A DNA stretch of 64,000 nt, from the NCBI GenBank assembly GCA_028824415.1, contig JAPPDX010000121.1, positions 3,327-67,326 of the forward strand, read 5' to 3'. Under the pieces are notes generated by a model that worked only from the letters and a program-made list of their open reading frames with translations, made no database searches and was not told the origin of the DNA. The position numbers and the translations under genes are program-made. This document shows, piece by piece, positions 47,681 through 56,854 of the stretch; position 1 is the first letter of the stretch; each line of letters starts with the position of its first letter. This stretch comes from a bacterium (GTDB lineage Bacteria; Actinomycetota; Acidimicrobiia; Acidimicrobiales; CATQHL01).

Positions 47681-50310
47681 CCGACCCGTCTCGCTCCGGT
47701 CGCCTCGCGCCCAACCGTCTCGCGATCCTGGCGGGTCTCGGCCTGGCGCTGGTCACCGTCGCCTCGGGCATCGCCGCCGCGATCACGGGCTTCGAGAGCA
47801 CCGCCACCGTGACCCGGGAGGTGTTCGGCAACATTCCCGGGCCGTTGCGGGCGGCGTTCTACACAGTCATCCCGATTGTCCTGCTGTACGCCTCGGTGCT
47901 GTTCGCCCACCGGGTGCGCAACTGGCAGCGGGGCGCCGCCGAGGAGCGCCGCACCACCTGGCGCAACCTGCACCGACGGCTGGCCGACCTACGGGCGGGG
48001 GTGTACATGCGCACGCTCCTGCGCGAGCCCGTCGCCGGGGTGATGCACTCGCTGATCTACTTCAGCTTCCTGGTGCTGCTGGCGGTGACGATCACGCTGG
48101 AGATCGAGCACCAGCTGCCCGACGGCGCCAAGTTCCTGACCGGTCGCGTGTACCAGGGCTATTCCCTCACCGGCGACCTGGCCGGCGCGGTCTTCCTGGT
48201 GGGAGTGCTCTGGGCGATCCTGCGACGCTGGGGACCCTGGCGGCTGCGCCCCTACCGGATCCGCCACAAGACCCGACCCGAACACGCCGTGATCCTGACG
48301 ACGATGCTGCTCATCGGCGTCACCGGATTCGGCGCCGAGGCCTTCCGCATTGCCGAGGCCGGCACGCCCTCCTTCGAGCGCTGGTCGGTGATCGGCTACC
48401 CGCTGGCCACCGCCGTCGACGGGCTCTCCAACGTCGCCGGCTGGCACCAGGTGTGGTGGATCCTGCACGTGGTGACGTTCGTGGTGTTCGTGCTGCTGAT
48501 ACCGGTCACGATGCTGCGCCACATCTTCACCTCCCCGGTGAACATGTACCTGCGTGACCGCGAGCGGCCCAAGGGCGCCATGCGCGAGTTGCCGAACCTC
48601 ATGGAGGCCGACCTGGACTCCGTCGGGGCGACAGCCGTCGAGGACTTCACCTGGAAGCAGCTCCTGGACCTCGACGCCTGCACCATGTGCGGTCGTTGCA
48701 CGTCGGTGTGTCCGGCACACGCCACCGGCAAGCCGCTGGACCCCCGGGAGATCGTGCTGAAGGTGGGACAGGTGATGGCCGCCAGCGGCACGCCGGCCAC
48801 TTCGCCCCCCATCGGCCAGGACGCCGAGATCACCGTGACGAGCGCCAACGTGTTCGAACGCGTCAGCTCCGAGGAGGTGTGGGCCTGCACATCATGCCGG
48901 GCCTGCGACGAGATCTGCCCTGTGAACATCGAGATCCTGGACAAGATCCTGGACATGCGGCGCTACCTCTCGCTGATGGAGAGCGACTTCCCGACCGAGC
49001 TGGGCACCGCCTACCGGGCGATGGAGAACTCCGGCAACCCGTGGGGCATGGCCCAGTCCGCCCGGGCCGACTGGGCGGCCGACTTCGAGGGCGTCGAAGT
49101 GCTCGACGGCGGCCATCCGCTCACCGCCGAATACCTGTACTGGGTGGGCTGCGCCGGCAGCTACGACGACAAGAACCGCAAGGTCACCCGCGCCATGACC
49201 GAACTCATGCAGCGGGCCGGGGTGGACTTCGCCGTGCTGGGCCCCGCGGAGATGTGCACCGGAGACCCGGCGCGGCGCTCCGGCAACGAGTACGTGTTCC
49301 AGATGCTGGCCATGCAGAACGTCGAGACCCTCAACGGCATGGGCGTGCGCAAGATCATCACCCAGTGCCCCCATTGCTTCAACACCCTCGGCAACGAGTA
49401 CCCGCAGCTCGGCGGTCACTACGAGGTGATCCACCACAGCCAGTTGCTGGAAGAACTCGTCTCCAGCGAGCGGTTGGACCTCTCCGAGGCTCGTCTGCCG
49501 GAGCGGCTCGTCTACCACGACTCCTGCTACCTGGGTCGCCACAACGACGTCTACCTGGCCCCGCGACGGGTGGTGGGGGCGATCGGCGGGCTCGAGGTGG
49601 TGGAGGCGCCGCGCAACGGCACCAAGGGCATGTGTTGCGGCGCCGGTGGGGCCCGCATGTGGATGGAGGAGCATGTCGGCGAGCAGGTGAACGTGGTGCG
49701 CAGCCGGGAGTTGCTGGCCACCGGCGCCGAGCGCATCGCCACGGCCTGTCCCTTCTGCTACGTCATGATCGACGACGGGGTCCGCGGCGAGGGCGTCGAA
49801 CCGGAGGACGTGCAGGTGGGCGACATCGCCCTGCATGTCCTGGAGGCCATCCACCGCGGCGAGGAGGAGGCCGCCGGCCGCCGCAGCGCCGAGCTCACGA
49901 CACCGGTGGTGGTCGGTGACCCGGGCACCGACGGCGTCCCTGTGACGGTGTCGGTGGCCGGACTGGACCTGGCCCCGATGGCGCGACTGCGCCCCGTGGC
50001 GACACCCACCGCGCCCGCCGCCATCCCGGCCGGCGTGCCCGCCCCGGTGCCCGCACCGGTCGACGCCGCGCCCGCTGCGGCTCCGGCGGAACCCCGCAAG
50101 GACGACCTGCGCCTCATCAAGGGGACCGACCCCATGCTGCTGGCCGAGCTGGCCAAGCAGGGAATCACCGGCTACGACCAGATCGCGGCCCTTGACGAGG
50201 CGGGCATCGAGGCACTCGAAGAGGCGATCGGCGCGCCCGGGCGCATCCAGAAGTGGAACTGGGTGGCGCAGGCGGAGGATCTGCTGCGCCGATTCCCGGC
50301 GGCGGACTGA
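47674..50310 (+). CDS. Membrane-anchored Fe-S oxidoreductase: NarI/DsrM-like TM domain, 2x[4Fe-4S] ferredoxin, two CCG domains (heterodisulfide-reductase-like, Rv0338c type), plus a C-terminal helix-hairpin-helix-like module
   Basis: ORF track, 878 aa with about 6 TM helices. CTMCGRCTSVCP and CTSCRACDEICP. CCG-domain cysteines YWVGCAGSYD, QCPHCFNT, YHDSCYLGRH, GMCCGAGGARMW and ACPFCY. Confidence 0.8.
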   Translation: MSTDPSRSGRLAPNRLAILAGLGLALVTVASGIAAAITGFESTATVTREVFGNIPGPLRAAFYTVIPIVLLYASVLFAHRVRNWQRGAAEERRTTWRNLHRRLADLRAGVYMRTLLREPVAGVMHSLIYFSFLVLLAVTITLEIEHQLPDGAKFLTGRVYQGYSLTGDLAGAVFLVGVLWAILRRWGPWRLRPYRIRHKTRPEHAVILTTMLLIGVTGFGAEAFRIAEAGTPSFERWSVIGYPLATAVDGLSNVAGWHQVWWILHVVTFVVFVLLIPVTMLRHIFTSPVNMYLRDRERPKGAMRELPNLMEADLDSVGATAVEDFTWKQLLDLDACTMCGRCTSVCPAHATGKPLDPREIVLKVGQVMAASGTPATSPPIGQDAEITVTSANVFERVSSEEVWACTSCRACDEICPVNIEILDKILDMRRYLSLMESDFPTELGTAYRAMENSGNPWGMAQSARADWAADFEGVEVLDGGHPLTAEYLYWVGCAGSYDDKNRKVTRAMTELMQRAGVDFAVLGPAEMCTGDPARRSGNEYVFQMLAMQNVETLNGMGVRKIITQCPHCFNTLGNEYPQLGGHYEVIHHSQLLEELVSSERLDLSEARLPERLVYHDSCYLGRHNDVYLAPRRVVGAIGGLEVVEAPRNGTKGMCCGAGGARMWMEEHVGEQVNVVRSRELLATGAERIATACPFCYVMIDDGVRGEGVEPEDVQVGDIALHVLEAIHRGEEEAAGRRSAELTTPVVVGDPGTDGVPVTVSVAGLDLAPMARLRPVATPTAPAAIPAGVPAPVPAPVDAAPAAAPAEPRKDDLRLIKGTDPMLLAELAKQGITGYDQIAALDEAGIEALEEAIGAPGRIQKWNWVAQAEDLLRRFPAAD

Positions 50311-50316
50311 GCCGCT

Positions 50317-50877
50317 CTAGAAGTTCTCCCAGTAGCGGCTGGCTATCGGGCCCACCTGGCCCTGGTACTTCGAGCCGACGGTCCGTGACCCGTAGGGGTT
50401 GTCCGCGGGCGTGCTCATGGCGATGAAGCTGATCTGTCCGATCTTCATGCCCGGATAGAGAGTGATCGGCAGGGTCGCCACGTTCGAGAGTTCCAGCGTG
50501 AGCTGTCCCCGCCAGCCGGCGTCCACGAACCCGGCCGTGGAATGGATGAGCAGTCCGAGGCGGCCGAGGCTGGACTTGCCCTCGAGGCGCCCCACCAGAT
50601 CGTCCGGCAGACCCACCCGCTCGAGTGTGCAGCCCAGCACGAACTCGCCCGGGTGGAGGATGAAAACACCGTCTGCGTCGATCTCCACGAGGTCGGTGAG
50701 CGACTCAAGGTCCTTCTTGACGTCGATGCAGCCCATCGTGTGGTTCATGAACACCCGGAAGTAGCGGTCGAGGCGCAGATCCACTGAGGACGGCTGAATC
50801 GCGCCTTCGGCCAGCGGCTCGATAGTGATGCGGCCGGCCGCGAGCTGTTCCCGGATCGTGCGATCGGACAGAATCAT
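50317..50877 (-). CDS. dcd: dCTP deaminase (possibly bifunctional dUMP-forming)
   Basis: ORF track, 186 aa. [12 protein letters not shown]..., [21 protein letters not shown] and GQISF. Confidence 0.9.
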   Translation of the reverse strand: MILSDRTIREQLAAGRITIEPLAEGAIQPSSVDLRLDRYFRVFMNHTMGCIDVKKDLESLTDLVEIDADGVFILHPGEFVLGCTLERVGLPDDLVGRLEGKSSLGRLGLLIHSTAGFVDAGWRGQLTLELSNVATLPITLYPGMKIGQISFIAMSTPADNPYGSRTVGSKYQGQVGPIASRYWENF

Positions 50878-50927
50878 TCCGCGGCGACGTTACCCTCGAT
50901 TCCGTACCGACCGAAAGGAGCCGGCGC

Positions 50928-52133
50928 ATGCCCCGTGCCTTCCTTCACCCCTTCTCCCCACCCACCCTCGAGGACTACATCTCCCTCGTCCGCGGTGAGG
51001 GCTGCACGCTCTGGGATGACACCGGCAAGAGCTACCTCGACGCCATGGCCAGCCTCTGGTACTGCCAGGTGGGACACGGTCGGGCCGAGATCATCGACGC
51101 CGTCGCCGACCAGATGCGCAACCTGGAGGCGTACAACACGTTCGCTCCGTTCACGAACCCCGCGGCCGAGGAAGTCTCGGCCATGATCGTCGAACGCTCC
51201 CCACTCCCCGACGGCCGGGTCTTCCTCTGCTGCTCGGGTTCGGAGGCGGTGGACACCGCGCTGAAGATCGCCCGCCAGTGGCACCGGCTCCGCGGCGACG
51301 TCGAGCGCCAGGCCACAATCACGCGCACCAACGGCTACCACGGCACCAACTTCGGCGGCACCGCGGCGCAGGGCATCGCTCCCAACCGGGAGGGCTGGGG
51401 CGACCTGGTGCCCCACTTCACCGAGGTGCCCCACGACGACTTGGAGGCCGCGGCGCTGGCGATGGCGGCCCAAGAGGATCGGCTGGCGGCGGTGATCTCC
51501 GAACCGCTGCAGGGCGCCGGCGGGGTGTGGCCGCCCCCGGAGGGCTACCAGGAGGGACTGCGACGGCTCTGCGACACCCACGGCGCGCTGCTCATCTGTG
51601 ACGAGGTGATCTGCGGGTTCGGTCGCACAGGGGAATGGTTCGGGGCGCAGCACTACGGCGTCACCCCCGACATCATGACGTTCGCCAAGGGCGTGACCTC
51701 GGGCTACCAGCCGCTGGCCGGGGTGATCCTGTCGCGACGGGTTTGCGACACCTTCGAGACCCAGGCGGAGGGCTTCATGCTGCGCACCGGCTACACCTAC
51801 TCGGGGCATCCCGCAGCGTGCGCCGCCGGCGTGGCGAACCTGAAACTCATGGACGCCGAGGGCCTGCCGGGCCGAGCGCCGCGCATCGGCGAGCGACTCT
51901 CAGCCGGTCTGCGGGCGCTCGCCGACGACGGGCTCATCACCGGCTACAGGGGAACCGGTGCCGTCTGGGCGGCGGAACTGGGTCGGGACGCGGCCGGCGT
52001 GCGCGCCAAGATCCTGGAGGCCGGCGTCATCGTGCGCCCCATCGGCACAGCCCTCGCCATGTGCCCGCCGCTCATCATCAGCGACGCCGAGATCGACCGC
52101 ATCATCGACACCATGGCCACCGCCTTGCGCTGA
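50928..52133 (+). CDS. Class-III (omega) aminotransferase
   Basis: ORF track, 401 aa. LCCSGSEAVDTALKIAR, LICDEVICGFGRTGEWFG and DIMTFAKGVTSGYQPL (PLP-Lys context). Confidence 0.85.
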   Translation: MPRAFLHPFSPPTLEDYISLVRGEGCTLWDDTGKSYLDAMASLWYCQVGHGRAEIIDAVADQMRNLEAYNTFAPFTNPAAEEVSAMIVERSPLPDGRVFLCCSGSEAVDTALKIARQWHRLRGDVERQATITRTNGYHGTNFGGTAAQGIAPNREGWGDLVPHFTEVPHDDLEAAALAMAAQEDRLAAVISEPLQGAGGVWPPPEGYQEGLRRLCDTHGALLICDEVICGFGRTGEWFGAQHYGVTPDIMTFAKGVTSGYQPLAGVILSRRVCDTFETQAEGFMLRTGYTYSGHPAACAAGVANLKLMDAEGLPGRAPRIGERLSAGLRALADDGLITGYRGTGAVWAAELGRDAAGVRAKILEAGVIVRPIGTALAMCPPLIISDAEIDRIIDTMATALR

Positions 52134-52162
52134 ACGCCGCACTCCGGCCGGCAGCGGCTGAC

Positions 52163-52275
52163 CTACTCGACGATGTGCACCACAGCGCCGAGTGGTACCT
52201 CAACTCGCCGTCAGGAAAGCTGACACGGTCCCCGTCCGGGGCGTCGACGGCCGGGATGATCTCGTTGACGCCGGC
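52163..52275 (-). pseudogene. Remnant of a third L,D-transpeptidase paralogue (internal deletion plus frameshift)
   Basis: The minus strand reads AGVNEIIPAVDAPDGDRVSFPDGEL (compare DTVNGIIPVYDAPDGNRLSFRDGEV in the neighbour). It then shifts frame to VPLGAVVHIVE* (compare APLGTVVNITA*). Confidence 0.6.
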
Positions 52276-52293
52276 TCGCGCCCTGGCGGCTTC

Positions 52294-53517
52294 TCAGGCG
52301 GTGATGTTCACCACAGTGCCGAGGGGGGCGGTGCGGGCGATGACCTCGATGATGTTGTTGGGGATGCGGATGCAGCCGTTGGACAGCGCCTCACCCACGC
52401 GCCCGGGGATGTGCGTGCCGTGTAGGGCGATCCGCGGCAGCCCGCCGCTGAAGCTGTCGAGCGCCTCGCTGAAGAACGACAGCATCAGGATCCAGTCCCC
52501 CAGCACCGCGCTGGCGTTCTGCTGGCTGTGGTTCGGCAACTTCTCCACGATGAAGCCCCGCAGCGCCGGGGTCGGTGTGTCCGACCGGCCGACGATGGCA
52601 CGGGTGTAGGTCACCAGGTCGTCGCCGTCGAACAGGGCCACCAGGCGGTCGGACAGATCGATGAGGACATGGTGGTTTACCGTCGACCAGGTGAAGTTCT
52701 CCGTACGGACCCAGCCGCGGCTGCCGTTGGGGCGGACGGGTAGCTCCACCTCTGCCCATTCGCTGCCCGGCCAGGTCTGGAGCACCCGCAACACCAGGCG
52801 GTTACCCCGGAACGTGTAGCTCCAAACCTCACCGTCGCGGAACGACAGCCGGTTCCCGTCGGGCGCGTCGTACACCGGGATGATGCCGTTGACGGTGTCC
52901 TTGGAGATCAGCACGGTGGTCGGACTCCACGAGGGCGTCAACGGCGCCTGCAGCTCCTGGGTCGGCGGTGAGGGAGGTTGTGGGGCCGGCGCGGGAGCGG
53001 GGGGCGTATCCGGCTCCGGCGGCGGCAAGGGCGCCGAGGGTGGTGTCGAGCGGGGAGGTGCTGACGGATTGACAGATGCGTCCGGCGACGCCGATTCCGT
53101 GGCCTCCGGATCCCCGGCGCGCTCGTCCTCCTCAGGCGGTTCGGGCAACTCCGTGGGCTCGGGCGGCTCCGGGGGCTCCGGTGGCTCGGGCGGTGGCGGG
53201 GGGGACTCCGGGGGCGAGGAAGGCGCGGGGGCCGGCGCAGGCTCAGTCGGCGGCGGGGAAGGCTCCGACGGAGGCGGAGGGCTCAAGGCTTCCGGATCCG
53301 GCAGGGAGGGATCCGGTCCTCGCGTCTCGCGCGAGTCGGGGGAGGCTTGGTCGGCGCCCGACGACGGTGAAGCCGGCGGCGGCTGAGGCTCGGCGGTTAC
53401 CTGCTCCGCTCCGGCCGGTGATGCAGGCGGCGGCTCGACGACGACTTCTTGCTGGGTGTCGGTGCCGCACGACGCCAAGACCAGGCTGAACGTCGTCGCG
53501 ATCGCTGCCAGGCGCAC
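52294..53517 (-). CDS. L,D-transpeptidase lipoprotein (Pro-rich stalk, SH3b-like domain, YkuD domain)
   Basis: Within ORF 52294..54072, GTG 53517 gives VRLAAIATTFSLVLASCG (lipobox). About 180 Pro-rich residues follow. The C-terminal catalytic motif is RIALHGTHIPGRVGEALSNGCIRIPN. Confidence 0.8.
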   Translation of the reverse strand: MRLAAIATTFSLVLASCGTDTQQEVVVEPPPASPAGAEQVTAEPQPPPASPSSGADQASPDSRETRGPDPSLPDPEALSPPPPSEPSPPPTEPAPAPAPSSPPESPPPPPEPPEPPEPPEPTELPEPPEEDERAGDPEATESASPDASVNPSAPPRSTPPSAPLPPPEPDTPPAPAPAPQPPSPPTQELQAPLTPSWSPTTVLISKDTVNGIIPVYDAPDGNRLSFRDGEVWSYTFRGNRLVLRVLQTWPGSEWAEVELPVRPNGSRGWVRTENFTWSTVNHHVLIDLSDRLVALFDGDDLVTYTRAIVGRSDTPTPALRGFIVEKLPNHSQQNASAVLGDWILMLSFFSEALDSFSGGLPRIALHGTHIPGRVGEALSNGCIRIPNNIIEVIARTAPLGTVVNITA

Positions 53518-53606
53518 CGCGCCGCGGCCGGCGCGTGGCTCCCGCCCGCCGCAAACGGGTCCACCGGTTGTGATTCGACGGTACCGGAGCCGCACTGGCG
53601 CCCCTC

Positions 53607-54680
53607 TCAGGCGACGATGTTCACTACGGTGCCGAGCGGGGCCTGCTGGGCGATGGTCTCCACGATGTTGTTGGGGATGCGGATACAGCCGTTGGACAGC
53701 GCCTCGCCGACCCGCTCGGGAATGTGCGTGCCGTGCAGGGCGATGCGCGGCAAACCGCCGCTGAAACTGTTGAGCGCCTCGCTGAAGAACGACAGCATCA
53801 GGATCCAGTCCCCCAGCACGATGCTGGCGTTCTGCTGGTCGTGATTCGGCAACTTCTCCACCAGGAATCCCTTCAACGTGGGGGTGGGGGTGGCGGGTTT
53901 GCCCACGATGGCGCCGGTGGAGGCGACCAGGTTGTCGCCCTCGAACAGCGCCACGCTGCGATCCGAGACATCGATGAGGATGTGGTGGTTGACGGTGGAC
54001 CAGGAGAAGTGCTCGGCGCGGACCCAGCCGCTCGCACCATTGGGGCGCACCGGCAACTCGACCTGCACCCACTCGTCATCCTGGGATCCCTGCAGGAGGC
54101 GCGTCACCAGGCGGTTACGGCGGAACGTGTAACTCCAGACATCGCCGTCGGGGAAGGCCAGCCGGGTGCCGTTCGGCGCGTCGTAGACGGGGATGATGCC
54201 GTTCACGTCGTCCCTGGAGGTCAGGACCGTGACCGGCTCCCAGGGCGGCGCCGTGGCCGGGGCGGTGGTCGGTGGGGGCGGTGGCGGGAGCTCCTCGGGC
54301 GGCAGCACGGTCAGCTCGGGATTGCTCATCTCCTCCGGCTCCGGCACGTCCGGCAGCAACGGCGGAGGGAGAACGAGACCGTCCTCGTCGGTTTCCTGCG
54401 GGACCGTGACGGCGATGGTCGGCTCGGTCGTCCGGCTGAGCGGGACCGCTGTCGTCGTGGTCGATGCAGGTTCCTGAACGGTCGGAGGCGAGGGCGCCTC
54501 GGAGACGACCTCTGCGGCCGCGGTGTCGGTGGGCGGCGGCGGGCGCTCGGGCGTGAGGGTCGGCTCCTCGGTGGCGCTCCCGCAGGCTGCGGCGGCGAGA
54601 GCCAGGACGAGAACCAATGCGAGAATCCGGGTCGCCAGCGGGCGCGGCACGGTTCGGCACCGAGAGGATCGCCTGATCAT
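53607..54680 (-). CDS. L,D-transpeptidase lipoprotein, tandem paralogue
   Basis: Within ORF 53607..54767, ATG 54680 is preceded by GAAGGA and gives MIRRSSRCRTVPRPLATRILALVLVLALAAAACG. It has a ~115-residue Pro/Thr/Glu-rich stalk. RIALHGTHIPERVGEALSNGCIRIPN. Confidence 0.85.
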   Translation of the reverse strand: MIRRSSRCRTVPRPLATRILALVLVLALAAAACGSATEEPTLTPERPPPPTDTAAAEVVSEAPSPPTVQEPASTTTTAVPLSRTTEPTIAVTVPQETDEDGLVLPPPLLPDVPEPEEMSNPELTVLPPEELPPPPPPTTAPATAPPWEPVTVLTSRDDVNGIIPVYDAPNGTRLAFPDGDVWSYTFRRNRLVTRLLQGSQDDEWVQVELPVRPNGASGWVRAEHFSWSTVNHHILIDVSDRSVALFEGDNLVASTGAIVGKPATPTPTLKGFLVEKLPNHDQQNASIVLGDWILMLSFFSEALNSFSGGLPRIALHGTHIPERVGEALSNGCIRIPNNIVETIAQQAPLGTVVNIVA

Positions 54681-54841
54681 GTCTGTTCCTTCTTTGCGGA
54701 TCTGCCCTGTCGTGCCGGCGGCGGTTTCGTACCGACCGCGACACTGCTCCGCTCCACTGCCCGTCACAGCTTAACGCTGCGCCCCCTGACACCGGCGGTT
54801 CTGAGAACCCGGCCGGAGTACCGATAGCCAGAATCGCGCGG

Positions 54842-55555
54842 TCAGTTTCCGAACATCGCCAGCCACTGTTCGGGGCTGCGAGGTGTGAGGACGAAGTTCG
54901 ACCTGCGGGTCGTTCCCAAGGGTGCCGACGGGGCGGCGGCATAGAAGTGACCGGGGAAGAGCACCGCGTCATCGGGCACGCTCGCGAGGCGGTGGGTGAG
55001 GCTGTCGTACAGCGCGGCGGGGTCACCGCCGGGAAGGTCGGTGCGCCCGCAGCCCTCTAGGAACAACGTGTCTCCCGACAGCAGGTGTCCCCCGGCGAGG
55101 AAGCATTGGCTGCCGGGAGTGTGCCCAGGCGTGTGGATCAACTCGACATCCAGTCCTCCGACACTCACGACGTCGCCGCCGCCATGCGTGCAGATCTCCG
55201 CGGGACCCAGGCCGGTGGTTGCCGACACGTAGGCCGCCTCGTCGGCCTGCACGTGCACCGGGACGTCGACGATCTCCAAGAGTTCAGCGACGCCGGGGAT
55301 CGTGAGACCCATCATGGTCCCACCGACGTGGTCGGGGTGGTAGTGGGTGGCCAGAACGCCGGCCAGGCGCATCCCGTCGGCGTCGCAGACATCCACGATG
55401 CCGGCCGGGTCGTACGCCGGATCGACAACCAGCGCCTCGCCCGCCTCACGGTCCCCGATCAGGTAGACGAAGTTGCGCATCTGCCGGGCAAACTCGTCGC
55501 CGACTGCGAAGTCCACCCCCGACAGCAACTGGCGGAAGTAGAGACGGCCGTCCAC
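54842..55555 (-). CDS. MBL-fold metallo-hydrolase (hydroxyacylglutathione-hydrolase-like)
   Basis: ORF track, 237 aa. ATHYHPDHVGG (HxHxDH), TPGHTPGS and SGDTLF. Confidence 0.85.
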   Translation of the reverse strand: MDGRLYFRQLLSGVDFAVGDEFARQMRNFVYLIGDREAGEALVVDPAYDPAGIVDVCDADGMRLAGVLATHYHPDHVGGTMMGLTIPGVAELLEIVDVPVHVQADEAAYVSATTGLGPAEICTHGGGDVVSVGGLDVELIHTPGHTPGSQCFLAGGHLLSGDTLFLEGCGRTDLPGGDPAALYDSLTHRLASVPDDAVLFPGHFYAAAPSAPLGTTRRSNFVLTPRSPEQWLAMFGN

Positions 55556-55591
55556 GGCAGCGAGCCTACGGGTGGCGGTGGGCCCGGCGGT

Positions 55592-56827
55592 TCAATCCTC
55601 GGCAGGTTCCGGCGCCGCATGCGGACGCTGCCAAGCCTTGGCGGCCAATTCGATGACCTCGCGCAGCGGGCGACCTGATGCGGCGGCCACCGCTGCCGCA
55701 TCGTCGTGCTCCACCTTTACCCGACCGGGAGCCACCTTCAGTCGCACCGGCATGCCGTCTACATGCACCTCCACCTGCTCGCGCGCCCGGGGCCAGCGCT
55801 GCAGTGTGTCGGCCCGGATGCCGAGGCTGCCGGTCTCGGCCAGCATCACATCGGCCACCGAGGCGGCGAGTGCGGGATCCGCCAGCGCGCTCACGACGTG
55901 GGCGGGCCGACCCTTCTTCATGACGATCGGCGTGATCCAGGCGTCGTAGGCGCCCGCCTGGAGCAGTGCTCCGATGGTGTAGGCGAGCATCTCACCGGTG
56001 ACGTCGTCCACGTTCGTCTCGAGAAGTTGCACCTCCTGGCCGGCATTGAGAGCCGCCTCGGACTGCCCGATCACGACCTGCGTCACATTCGGTCTGTCCT
56101 GCAACTCCCGATCGCCGGCTCCATAGCCGACCGACGAGACGGTCATCGGCGGCATCGCGCCGAAGCCCGCGGCCAGAGCGGCCATCAGCGCAGCCCCGGT
56201 GGGGGTCGTGAGTTCGATGGGAACGTCGGTGCCGAAGGTGGGGGCGCCCTGCAGCAACTCGACCGTCGCCGGCGCCGGAATCGGCAGGTGCCCGTGCGCG
56301 GTGCGAATCATGCCGTGGCCCTGGGCGATCGGGCTGACGTACACCTCTGCCACGTCCAGCACCTCGAGCGCGGCGCAGGTGCCCACGATGTCGACGATGG
56401 CGTCGATGCCCCCCACCTCGTGGAAGTGCACCTGCTCGACCGGCCGGTTGTGCAACTTTGCCTCCACGGTGGCGAGCGCCCGGAACACCGCCAGCGCACG
56501 CCGGCGCACGCGCTCGGGAAGCTCGGCGTCCTCGATGAGACCGAGGATGTGCGATGCCGTGCGCACCACGCCGGACTCCGAGACCTTCACCGTGACGTCG
56601 GATGCCGCAATTCCTCCACGCAGAGTCGGGGAAACGGCAAGCTCCCAGCCCTGCACCTCCAAGCCGTCGAGGATGTGGCGCACAGCGTCGGGGTCGGCGC
56701 CGGCGTCGATCAGTGCCCCCAGCGCCATGTCGCCGGCCACGCCACAGAAGCAGTTGAACCAGGCGACCGAGGGCGCCGGCTCCGCGCTCGCACCGGTGCC
56801 CGGATCATTCACACCGAGATCGTGCAT
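55592..56827 (-). CDS. larC: LarC family nickel insertion protein (nickel-pincer cofactor biosynthesis)
   Basis: ORF track, 411 aa. FNCFCGVAGDMALGALIDAGADPD and HFHEVGGIDAIVDIVG are typical of the DUF111/LarC family. The true start may be slightly downstream. Confidence 0.8.
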   Translation of the reverse strand: MHDLGVNDPGTGASAEPAPSVAWFNCFCGVAGDMALGALIDAGADPDAVRHILDGLEVQGWELAVSPTLRGGIAASDVTVKVSESGVVRTASHILGLIEDAELPERVRRRALAVFRALATVEAKLHNRPVEQVHFHEVGGIDAIVDIVGTCAALEVLDVAEVYVSPIAQGHGMIRTAHGHLPIPAPATVELLQGAPTFGTDVPIELTTPTGAALMAALAAGFGAMPPMTVSSVGYGAGDRELQDRPNVTQVVIGQSEAALNAGQEVQLLETNVDDVTGEMLAYTIGALLQAGAYDAWITPIVMKKGRPAHVVSALADPALAASVADVMLAETGSLGIRADTLQRWPRAREQVEVHVDGMPVRLKVAPGRVKVEHDDAAAVAAASGRPLREVIELAAKAWQRPHAAPEPAED

Positions 56828-56854
56828 CCGCCCTCCGCCCTCGTCGACTCACCC

